64,000 nucleotides of DNA. It comes from an uncultured Chryseobacterium sp. Lineage in GTDB: Bacteria; Bacteroidota; Bacteroidia; Flavobacteriales_F; PHOS-HE28. Location of the stretch: NCBI GenBank assembly GCA_964476665.1, contig CAYZBO010000002.1, positions 285-64,284 of the forward strand, read 5' to 3'. Position numbers and translations under genes: made by a program. Shown in pieces: positions 8,718-16,488 of the stretch. Positions within the stretch are counted from its first letter, which is position 1; every line of letters starts with the position of its first letter. Below the pieces are notes generated by a model that saw nothing but the letters and a program-made list of their open reading frames with translations, was not told the DNA's origin and made no database searches.

Positions 8718-8752
8718 CGTTCTCGGCTTGGGCGTTGTTTGGACGGTCGTTG

Positions 8753-8772
8753 GGGCGGGAAATTTCCCGCCC
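8753..8772 (-). terminator. Perfect 20-bp palindrome (hairpin) abutting the trhO stop codon
   Basis: GGGCGGGAAATTTCCCGCCC lies immediately 3' of the TAA at 8773-8775 on the minus strand. No clear T-tract follows, so it may be an intra-operon hairpin between trhO and hmgA rather than a strong terminator. Confidence 0.4.
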
Positions 8773-9885
8773 TTATAGGATCTGTTGGATGAGCTTCGTC
8801 AGTTCCGGATGCAGTGTCCCGTTCTCCGCCAAGGCCTTCTCCTCCTCCGCGATCCTCCTCCTCAATGCCTCCGGATCCCGGATCGCCTTCATCTTGGCGC
8901 TGGCCGAGGGTTTGCCCTTCCGCCATTCGCGCTGAACCTCCTCCGGCAGCAGGTGGATCTCGCGGCAACTTGGCGTGCAGCAATCGGCGTATTGGGTGGC
9001 GCAGGTTTCGCATTGCACCAGCAGCACGTTGCAGGTGTGTTGCTGGCAGTTGGTGATGCGGTCGCTGGGCCGACCGCACTGCATGCAGGTGCTCACCACA
9101 TCGTCGGTGATGCGCTCGGCGAGGCGGCCGTCGAACACGAAGTTCTGGCCCTTGTACTTGCTGGGAAGACCCTTGGCGCGCACCTGCCGGGCGTAGTCGA
9201 TGATGCCGCCGTGCAGTTGGCCCACCTGCTTGAAGCCGTGGTGCCGGAACCAGGCGCTTGCTTTCTCACAGCGGATGCCGCCGGTGCAGTAGAGCAGCAC
9301 GGGTTCCTCCTTCTTGTCCTCCAACTTCTCCAGCATCTCTTCCACTGCCCCGCGGAAGGTCTCAGCTTCGGGCAATAGTGCGCCCTCGAAGTGGCCGATG
9401 AGGCACTCGTAGTTGTTGCGCAGGTCCACCACGGTGGCGCCTTGCTCCAGCAGTTGGTTGAAGCGGTCTGCCTCCAAGTGCTCGCCGACGTTGCTCACAT
9501 CGAACACCTCATCCTTCAGCCCATCGGCTACCAGCTTGTGCCGCACTTTCAGGGTCAGCTTAAGGAAGCTCTTTCCGTCATCCTCCACCGCGACCTTGAA
9601 GGGTACACCGCTGAACTCGGGACGCGCGTCGATGGCCTTGCGGAACGCCTCGAAGTGGTGCGTGGGCACCGAGAGCTGCGCGTTGATGCCCTCCTTGGCG
9701 AGGTAGATGCGGCCGAACACGCCCAGCGCCTCCCATTCAGCGTAAAGTTCGTTGCGCAGGGTGGCGGGGTCGGCCAAGCGAACGTAGCGATAGAAGCTGA
9801 GCGTGGTGCGCGGGAAACCCTCGGCCTCCAAGCGGGCGCGGAGCTCGCGGGGGCCGAATTTGTTGCGCAGTTCGTGGGCTTCCAT
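8773..9885 (-). CDS. trhO: tRNA uridine(34) hydroxylase (rhodanese-domain protein, UPF0176/YceA family)
   Basis: ATG at 9885 (MEAHELRNKF...). Motifs are LSFYRY..., GRIYLAKEGINAQLSVP, the rhodanese active-site loop LLYCTGGIRCEKA, and a Cys-rich C-terminal zinc-finger-like tail. Confidence 0.85.
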   Translation of the reverse strand: MEAHELRNKFGPRELRARLEAEGFPRTTLSFYRYVRLADPATLRNELYAEWEALGVFGRIYLAKEGINAQLSVPTHHFEAFRKAIDARPEFSGVPFKVAVEDDGKSFLKLTLKVRHKLVADGLKDEVFDVSNVGEHLEADRFNQLLEQGATVVDLRNNYECLIGHFEGALLPEAETFRGAVEEMLEKLEDKKEEPVLLYCTGGIRCEKASAWFRHHGFKQVGQLHGGIIDYARQVRAKGLPSKYKGQNFVFDGRLAERITDDVVSTCMQCGRPSDRITNCQQHTCNVLLVQCETCATQYADCCTPSCREIHLLPEEVQREWRKGKPSASAKMKAIRDPEALRRRIAEEEKALAENGTLHPELTKLIQQIL

Positions 9886-9893
9886 CGGCAGGG

Positions 9894-9901
9894 CAAAGAT
9901 A
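9894..9901 (-). promoter_or_regulatory. Bacteroidota-type -7 promoter box (TATCTTTG) for trhO
   Basis: Exact match to TAnnTTTG on the minus strand, 8 nt upstream of the trhO ATG. That spacing implies a very short leader. Confidence 0.4.
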
Positions 9902-9948
9902 GCGGAAGGCCTTGGGCGTTCAGAGGCTTTCAGGCGGTGGTCCGGTCC

Positions 9949-9956
9949 TACATTTG
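9949..9956 (+). promoter_or_regulatory. Bacteroidota-type -7 promoter box (TACATTTG) for the SDR/threonine dehydrogenase gene
   Basis: Exact match to TAnnTTTG, 21 nt upstream of the ATG at 9978. It is divergent from the trhO box in the same 92-bp intergenic region. Confidence 0.45.
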
Positions 9957-9977
9957 GGCCCCATTCCAGAACCATCC

Positions 9978-10928
9978 ATGTCCACCAAACGCATCCTTGT
10001 CATCGGCTCATCTGGTCAGATCGGCACCGAACTCGTGGAAGGGCTCCGTGCCCGTTTCGGCAACGACAACGTGGTGGCCTCCGACATCAAGGAACCTCAG
10101 GCCCGGCAGGAAGGCCCCTTCGTGCTGGTGGATGCCATGGACCGCCGGGGCATTGAGCGGATCATCGACAAGCACGGCATCACCGAGGTGTACCTGCTGG
10201 CGGCTCTGCTCAGCGCCACTGCGGAGAAGGACCCGGCCTTCGCTTGGAAGCTGAACATGGAGAGCCTCTTCATCGTGCTGGAACTGGCGCGCGAAGGCAA
10301 GCTGAAGAAGGTCTACTGGCCCAGCAGCATCGCGGTGTTCGGGCCCACCACGCCGAAGGACAGTACCCCGCAACAGACGGTGACCGAGCCCACCACCGTC
10401 TACGGCATCAGCAAGCTGGCCGGTGAGGGCTGGTGCCAGTACTACCACAAGCGCTACGGGGTGGACGTGCGCAGCATCCGCTACCCGGGCCTCATCGGCT
10501 GGAAGAGCGCACCCGGGGGCGGTACCACCGACTATGCCGTACACATCTTTCACGAGGCGATAAAGGAAGGCAGCTACACCAGCTTCCTGGGGCCGCAGAG
10601 CACGCTGCCCATGATGTATATGCCCGATGCCATCCGCGCCACCATTGATCTGATGGAAGTCCCGGCCGACCAGGTGAAACAGCGCACCAGCTACAACCTG
10701 GCCGGCTTCAGCTTCGATCCGGAACAGATCGCCGCCGAGATCCGCCGCCACATGCCCGGCTTCACCATCGACTATGCGCCGGACCACCGCCAGGCCATCG
10801 CCGACAGCTGGCCCCGCAGCATCGACGACAGTGCCGCCCGCGCGGACTGGGGCTGGAGGCCGCAGTACGACCTGAGCGCCATGGTGGACGACATGATGGT
10901 GAACCTGAAACGCGAACTGGCCGGATAG
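9978..10928 (+). CDS. NAD-dependent epimerase/dehydratase-fold enzyme, probably an extended-SDR-type L-threonine 3-dehydrogenase
   Basis: ATG at 9978 (MSTKRILVIGSSGQIGTEL, a GxxGxxG Rossmann motif). The catalytic YGISKLAGE (YxxxK) is present. Length and termini resemble SDR-type threonine dehydrogenases. The substrate assignment is inference. Confidence 0.75.
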   Translation: MSTKRILVIGSSGQIGTELVEGLRARFGNDNVVASDIKEPQARQEGPFVLVDAMDRRGIERIIDKHGITEVYLLAALLSATAEKDPAFAWKLNMESLFIVLELAREGKLKKVYWPSSIAVFGPTTPKDSTPQQTVTEPTTVYGISKLAGEGWCQYYHKRYGVDVRSIRYPGLIGWKSAPGGGTTDYAVHIFHEAIKEGSYTSFLGPQSTLPMMYMPDAIRATIDLMEVPADQVKQRTSYNLAGFSFDPEQIAAEIRRHMPGFTIDYAPDHRQAIADSWPRSIDDSAARADWGWRPQYDLSAMVDDMMVNLKRELAG

Positions 10929-10979
10929 CACGGAAGGTGGGTCGGACGTAACCTTGACCCCGGCCACTGCGTATGCCCC

Positions 10980-11891
10980 GTGCTCAACCTTCGCAGACCG
11001 ATGTGCCGTTCATTCGCATTGCTTTGCTCTGTTGCACTGCTGCTGGCGGGAAACTCCCTCGCGCAGGCCAGTTCCGTTCATCAGGATACGCTCAACCGCG
11101 TCGATGAACTCGGTCGCAAGGTGGGCTATTGGCGGTCCTTGGCACCGCTCGCGGACAAGCCGGGCTACCCCGATGGTGGCGTCGTTGAGGAGGGTCGCTA
11201 TGCGAACGGCAAACGCGTGGGGGAATGGAAGCGCTACTGGCCCAACGGCAAGCTGATGAGCGAGATCACCTACCAGATGGGTCGGCCGAAGGGACCCTAC
11301 GTGACCTATTACCCCTCGGGCAGGGTGGAGGAGCAGGGCACGTGGGACCTGGACCGCAACACGGGCAGGTTCCAGCGCTGGCACCCCAACGGGCAGCTCG
11401 CCCAGGATTTCGTGTTCAATGCCTACGGGGTGCGCGACGGGGAGCAGAAGTACTACCATGAGAACGGCAAGCTGGCCGTGCAGGTGCGCATTGAGGATGG
11501 CAGGGAGGACGGCACCCTGAAGCGCTACACCGCCGATGGCCAGCTGCAACAGGTGGCCGAGTTCAACGACGGGGTGATCAACGCAGCCAATAGCAAGTAC
11601 ATCCGCTCGGTGCCCAAGGCTGAGGAGGTGAAGGTGGACCCCAAGGCGGCCCCCGCTCCGGCTGTTACTGCGAACGAGGTCACCAACGCTGTGGCTTTCC
11701 GTGAGAACGGCTATAACACCCTCTACGACCGGCAGCTACGGATATCCCAACAGGGTGAGTTCGTCAACGGCCGCCTCTTCGATGGCAAGCGCTACATGTA
11801 TGACAGCAACGGCATCCTGTCCCGCATCCAGGTGTACAAGGGTGGCCGTTATGCCGGCGATGCGCCCGTGACCGAGGAGGATCGCCGCTGA
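10980..11891 (+). CDS. Secreted MORN-variant repeat protein (YwqK-like repeats)
   Basis: Signal peptide ...ALLLAGNSLA|QA. Repeats of the G.W..Y..NG.L type occur throughout (GEWKRYWPNGKL, GPYVTYYPSGRV, GRFQRWHPNGQL, GEQKYYHENGKL, GTLKRYTADGQL). The start is GTG 10980 or ATG 11001. Confidence 0.75.
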   Translation: MLNLRRPMCRSFALLCSVALLLAGNSLAQASSVHQDTLNRVDELGRKVGYWRSLAPLADKPGYPDGGVVEEGRYANGKRVGEWKRYWPNGKLMSEITYQMGRPKGPYVTYYPSGRVEEQGTWDLDRNTGRFQRWHPNGQLAQDFVFNAYGVRDGEQKYYHENGKLAVQVRIEDGREDGTLKRYTADGQLQQVAEFNDGVINAANSKYIRSVPKAEEVKVDPKAAPAPAVTANEVTNAVAFRENGYNTLYDRQLRISQQGEFVNGRLFDGKRYMYDSNGILSRIQVYKGGRYAGDAPVTEEDRR

Positions 11892-11914
11892 CCCCGCTGT
11901 ACCCGGGGCGGCCC

Positions 11915-11922
11915 TACCTTCG
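11915..11922 (+). promoter_or_regulatory. -7-like box variant TACCTTCG upstream of cysS
   Basis: One mismatch to TAnnTTTG, 18 nt upstream of ATG 11941. It is embedded in the 14-mer CCTACCTTCGCGCC, which recurs upstream of gdhA. Confidence 0.35.
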
Positions 11923-11940
11923 CGCCGTTCCCGTGCAGCC

Positions 11941-13431
11941 ATGGCAGATCCGCGCAAAGGCCCATTCTTCATCACCAACACCCTTACCCGGCGCAAGGAG
12001 GAGTTCGTTCCCCTCCGTCCGCCCCATGTTGGTCTTTACGTCTGCGGCCCCACCGTGTACAGCGATGTGCATCTGGGCAATGTGCGCACCTTCCTCTCCT
12101 TCGATGTGCTCTTCCGGTGGCTGAGCTTCCTGGGCTACAAAGTGCGCTACGTGCGCAACATCACCGATGTGGGTCATCTGGTGGGCGATGTGGACGAGGG
12201 CGAGGACAAGATCGCCAAGCGCGCCCGGTTGGAACAGCTGGAGCCCATGGAGATCGTGCAGAAGTACACCAACGGCTTCCACGATGTGATGCGGCTCTTC
12301 AACATCCTGCCGCCGAGCATCGAACCCACGGCCACAGGTCACCTCATCGAGCAGATCGAGATGGTGAAGCGCATCATCGGCAGTGGTTATGGCTATGAGG
12401 CCAATGGCAGCGTGTACTTCGATGTGCCGAAGTTCGCGGGGAAGCATGCCTACGGGGAGCTGAGCGGTCGGAAGATCGATGAATTGCTTGCCAACACCCG
12501 CGATACCGAAGGCATGGACGAGAAGCGCAGCCCGCTCGACTTCGCCATTTGGAAGAAGGCCGATCCCACGCACCTGATGAAATGGCCCAGCCCCTGGGGT
12601 GAAGGCTTCCCCGGCTGGCATCTGGAATGCTCCGCCATGAGCACCAAGTACCTCGGCCAGACCTTCGACATCCATGGCGGTGGCATGGACCTGAAGTTCC
12701 CACACCACGAATGCGAGATCGCCCAGAGCGTGGCGGCCGATGGACATGCCCCTGTGCGCTACTGGATGCACGGCAACATGCTCACCGTGAACGGCCGCAA
12801 GATGGCCAAGAGCGAGGGCAACGGCTTCACCCCTGAAGAGCTGCTCACCGGCAACCACAAGCTGCTGGAGAAAGGCTACAGCGCCATGACGGTGCGCTTC
12901 TTCATGCTGCAGTGCCACTACGCCAGCACGCTCGACTTCAGCAATGCCGCCATGCAGGCGTCGGAGAAGGGCTTGGAGCGCCTGATGAAGGCCATGGAGC
13001 TGCTTCCCAGGTTGAAGCCCGCCGAGGTGGACGAGGCCGACGTCCCTGCGCTGCAACAGCGCTGCTTCGATGCCATGAACGACGACCTGAACACCCCGGT
13101 GATGATCGCCGAACTGTTCGAGGGAGTGCGCATCATCAACAGTGTGAACGACGGGAAGCTCAAGCTGACAGCGGGCGCCATCGATCAGCTGCGAGAACTG
13201 ATGCATGGTATGGTGAGCGACGTGCTCGGCATCCGAGATGAGCAGGCCGGCGCAGCATCCAGTGGAGCGGATGCCACCCTGGACGCCCTCGTGCAAGGCT
13301 TCATCCGCCAGCGCGCTGCTGCCAAGGCCGCCCGCGATTTTGCCACCAGTGACAGCATCCGCGACCAGCTTGCCGCGGTGGGTATCGTGCTCAAGGACAC
13401 CAAGGAAGGTACCACATGGGAACGCGCCTGA
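11941..13431 (+). CDS. cysS: Cysteine--tRNA ligase
   Basis: 496 aa. The class-I signatures are HLGNVRTF (HIGH) and KMAKSEGN (KMSKS). Also present are [19 protein letters not shown] and a full-length anticodon-binding tail. Confidence 0.95.
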   Translation: MADPRKGPFFITNTLTRRKEEFVPLRPPHVGLYVCGPTVYSDVHLGNVRTFLSFDVLFRWLSFLGYKVRYVRNITDVGHLVGDVDEGEDKIAKRARLEQLEPMEIVQKYTNGFHDVMRLFNILPPSIEPTATGHLIEQIEMVKRIIGSGYGYEANGSVYFDVPKFAGKHAYGELSGRKIDELLANTRDTEGMDEKRSPLDFAIWKKADPTHLMKWPSPWGEGFPGWHLECSAMSTKYLGQTFDIHGGGMDLKFPHHECEIAQSVAADGHAPVRYWMHGNMLTVNGRKMAKSEGNGFTPEELLTGNHKLLEKGYSAMTVRFFMLQCHYASTLDFSNAAMQASEKGLERLMKAMELLPRLKPAEVDEADVPALQQRCFDAMNDDLNTPVMIAELFEGVRIINSVNDGKLKLTAGAIDQLRELMHGMVSDVLGIRDEQAGAASSGADATLDALVQGFIRQRAAAKAARDFATSDSIRDQLAAVGIVLKDTKEGTTWERA

Positions 13432-14417
13432 ACTACGCCCTCGCCGTCCTCGCCTGTGTGGCGCTGTTCGCCTGTACCGGTGATGCACCTGCTCCAGCGC
13501 CAACACCTGCTCCCGCGCTGCCTGCACTACCGCCCGTACCCGAGTTCAACGCGGACAGTGCCTATGCCCACGTGGCCATGCAGGTGGCCTTCGGACCGCG
13601 CGTGCCCGGCACGGCTGCCCATCGCGCCTGTGGCGATGCCTTGGTGGCGCGGCTGAAGGGCCTCGGTGCCGACGTGATCGAACAGACCGGTGAGGTGACG
13701 ATCTACACTGGCGCACGCCTACCCCTCCGTAACATCTTCGCACGCTTCAAGCCTGCCGCGAAGGACCGCATCCTCCTGCTCGCCCATTGGGATACCCGCC
13801 CCTTCGCCGACAAGGACGATGAGCGCCGCAACGAACCGATCGATGGGGCCAACGACGGTGCCAGTGGGGTGGGGGTGCTGCTCGAGGTGGCCCGCCTCAT
13901 GGCCGCCAAGGATCACGGTCCCGGGGTCGACATCCTCTTCACCGATGTGGAGGACCATGGCCAGCCGAGCGGTGCCATCCAGATGGACGAGTCGAGCATG
14001 AACACTTGGGCCCTTGGCGCGCAGTATTTCGCGAAGAACCCACCCGTACCCGGCTACACTGCACGCTTCGGGATCCTGCTGGACATGGTGGGTGCGAAAG
14101 GAGCCCTTTTCTATCGCGAGGCACTGAGCATGCAATACGCCCCTTCCGTGGTGAACAAGGTGTGGCGAACGGCGGAGTCCATCGGCCACGGTGATCGCTT
14201 CATCCAGGAGACCAAGTACTTCGTGGGCATTGATGACCATGTACCCATCAACCAGCAACTGCGCATCCCCACCATCGACATCATCCAGTACGATCCCGCC
14301 ACCCAGGCGTTCGGTCCTTATTGGCACACCCATGACGATAACATGGAGGTGATCGATCGCGAGACACTGCGCGCCGTGGGCCGGACCGTCGTGGCAGTGG
14401 TGTGGCAGGAGCGCTGA
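13416..14417 (+). CDS. M28-fold lipoprotein, glutaminyl-peptide cyclotransferase-like
   Basis: Lipobox VALFAC. Motifs LLLAHWDTRPFADKD and DGANDGASGVGVLLEVAR are typical of bacterial type-II glutaminyl cyclases and M28 peptidases. It overlaps the cysS end by 16 nt. Confidence 0.8.
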   Translation: MGTRLNYALAVLACVALFACTGDAPAPAPTPAPALPALPPVPEFNADSAYAHVAMQVAFGPRVPGTAAHRACGDALVARLKGLGADVIEQTGEVTIYTGARLPLRNIFARFKPAAKDRILLLAHWDTRPFADKDDERRNEPIDGANDGASGVGVLLEVARLMAAKDHGPGVDILFTDVEDHGQPSGAIQMDESSMNTWALGAQYFAKNPPVPGYTARFGILLDMVGAKGALFYREALSMQYAPSVVNKVWRTAESIGHGDRFIQETKYFVGIDDHVPINQQLRIPTIDIIQYDPATQAFGPYWHTHDDNMEVIDRETLRAVGRTVVAVVWQER

Positions 14418-14598
14418 TAGCGGGCCTGGACCGACCCGGACCGATCACGTGCGGTGCCGGGCACCGCTTGTCACCCTCAGAATTCAGGGCCTGGAGCCAA
14501 CCGGTATTACCAAGATCAGGGGGGCGGAAGGACGCAGGCCTTCGAGGCATGCCACCGCGCATGCCCTCGTGCGGCCTATGCGTCGATGTGTTCCCGGC

Positions 14599-16347
14599 TC
14601 AGCGGTGCGGCCGCAGGGTGGTTCCGATGCTGGCACTGCCGGGCAGGAGCATGCTGCTGACCGTTCCGTTGCGGTCCACGATGCGAAGCAGGAACAACTG
14701 CTCGTTCCGCAGACCAGCCTGCAAGCTGCCCCCACCAACAGGGACCTGGCCGCTCGCGATGAGCCGACCGGAGAGTTCGTACATGTGCCACGTGAGGGTC
14801 TCACTTCCGCCACCGAGCCACCACTGTCCGTCGGCCAAAGCCGTGAGGAACAGCTTCTCCAAGCCCTTGGCTCCACCCGCCACCACCACATCGCTCAAGG
14901 TCCAGCGGCCGTCCAGGTCGATCTGCCGAAGTCGATAGTACGCAACACCTGAAAGGGGGGAATCATCCTTGTGCGCATAATCCAGTGGGACCAACGAGGT
15001 GCCCGCGCCCGGTACGTGTGCGATGGCCACAAAGTCGTATCCGTCAGAGCTGCGCTCCACCACGAATTCCCGATTGTTCAGTTCGCTCGCCGTGCTCCAA
15101 AGCACCATCACATGGTCCTCTCCAGGAATGGCCTTCAGGTCGATCAGCGTAACGGGCAGCGCGCTGTTGCAGTCACCGACCAGGATGGAGCGGGAGTTGA
15201 TGTTCGGAATGGGACAGGCTCCATCATTGCCCTGCACGAACACGTTCACCGGCAGGGCGGCAACAACACCCGTCCAGCAGATGCGGGCCACGGCCGGGTT
15301 CGTTCCGGTCACGGTGAACGTGGAACCCGGAAGCAGGGCAGTGGCATTGGAGGTCACTTCGATCACGGCCGCAGGATTGGCATCGGAGAACGTCATGTCG
15401 ATACAGAACGACTGACCTTCGCAGACCCCCACGCTGTTCTGACCCACCTGCAGGCCGGCGGGGAAATTGGACAGGTTGGAGGAGCTGGGAGGGCTCTCGT
15501 CACACACGATGACCACGAACATCAGGTCGCGCATCACGCTGCCGATCACATTGCCGAAGGCATCGAACGTGGTCACCTGGATCACCACAACGTAGTTGCC
15601 GGTCACGGTGGGGGTGAAGTTCAACTGTCCGGTCGCCGGCTGGATGGTGATCCCAGGGAAGGGTGCAGTTCCCGTGTATCCGCTCGCGTAGGTGGCCGGC
15701 GTTGGTGCCGGTGCTCCGAAACGCGCTGGTGCCAGCGAGAACAGCATCGTGTTCCCATCCGGGTCTGAGACCCCCGGGTTGTAGGATACTGGCTCACCCA
15801 CACATACATATGGGATCCCGGAGTCCACGAAGACCGGTGAGGAGTCGCAGACGCCTGGCGAATGCTGCACTGTGGCATCCGCGTAGATCCCTGGCACGTT
15901 CGCCAGGTTCGTCATGGTGTTCCTGCAGCATAGGAACCACTCCACCTTCCAAGGGCCGATGGCACACGGGGACAGGAAGAGCGTGACCTCGAATCGGTAC
16001 CTGCGGAAACTCGGCAATGTCCCCCCATTGCACGTGCTGTTGGCCACTTGGGAAGGACACAAGGGTGAAACCTCCTGCACCAGTACCGGAGACAGGTTGT
16101 TCAGGGTGAACACCACGCCACAGGCATTGGAAAAATACAGGCTTTGCGGGGTCAGCGGAGTGCCGGCGCAATCGAGATAAAGGTCTAGGTAGATCTTGTA
16201 CTGGTTGCCTCCCTGGCACGAGTAGGTAATGCTCGCTCCCGAATAGTGATCGGCCCTGACCTCCTGCACCCATAGGAACATCCAAACGAGCACAGCTGGC
16301 ATGACCATGCGCGCGCCCAGCCTGAATATCCGAGGGGATGCGATCAT
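14599..16347 (-). CDS. Cell-surface adhesin-like protein with a Cys-rich N-terminal domain and a T9SS C-terminal sorting region
   Basis: The N-terminus after the signal peptide is DHYSGASITYSCQGGNQYKIYLDLYLDCAG, a pattern common in Bacteroidota gliding/T9SS cargo. Ig-like repeats follow (DPDGNTMLFSL). Then comes ...LWSTASELNNREFVVERSSDGYDF...YYRLRQIDLDG and a beta-sandwich tail. The start is ATG 16347 or 16308. Confidence 0.75.
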   Translation of the reverse strand: MIASPRIFRLGARMVMPAVLVWMFLWVQEVRADHYSGASITYSCQGGNQYKIYLDLYLDCAGTPLTPQSLYFSNACGVVFTLNNLSPVLVQEVSPLCPSQVANSTCNGGTLPSFRRYRFEVTLFLSPCAIGPWKVEWFLCCRNTMTNLANVPGIYADATVQHSPGVCDSSPVFVDSGIPYVCVGEPVSYNPGVSDPDGNTMLFSLAPARFGAPAPTPATYASGYTGTAPFPGITIQPATGQLNFTPTVTGNYVVVIQVTTFDAFGNVIGSVMRDLMFVVIVCDESPPSSSNLSNFPAGLQVGQNSVGVCEGQSFCIDMTFSDANPAAVIEVTSNATALLPGSTFTVTGTNPAVARICWTGVVAALPVNVFVQGNDGACPIPNINSRSILVGDCNSALPVTLIDLKAIPGEDHVMVLWSTASELNNREFVVERSSDGYDFVAIAHVPGAGTSLVPLDYAHKDDSPLSGVAYYRLRQIDLDGRWTLSDVVVAGGAKGLEKLFLTALADGQWWLGGGSETLTWHMYELSGRLIASGQVPVGGGSLQAGLRNEQLFLLRIVDRNGTVSSMLLPGSASIGTTLRPHR

Positions 16348-16488
16348 AAGACCTGCCTTTCGGGTGACCAAAGGCACGAATTGGAGACGAAAGATACGAA
16401 CAATGGTGGCCTCGTACAAGCGACCAGCGTTCCGGACCGCCCTCCCGAAGGCCTTGGTTGCCAGTAACCGCGCCTATCTTGGCCCCCC

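Noticed and set aside
10980-11891. MORN/YwqK-like repeat protein as a possible antitoxin of a toxin-antitoxin pair
   Set aside because: It has a signal peptide and no adjacent toxin-like gene; its neighbours are the SDR enzyme and cysS. The repeat family is widespread in secreted Bacteroidota proteins.
11914-13527. 537-aa minus-strand ORF opposite cysS
   Set aside because: It is antisense to a gene with HIGH and KMSKS signatures, its composition is typical of a shadow ORF, and it has no motifs.
14450-14569. Two GC-rich inverted repeats (14450-14466 and 14543-14569) between the convergent M28 and adhesin genes, considered as terminators
   Set aside because: Both could form hairpins, but neither is followed by a convincing T-tract on the relevant strand, and the first has almost no loop. 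I did not list them as features.
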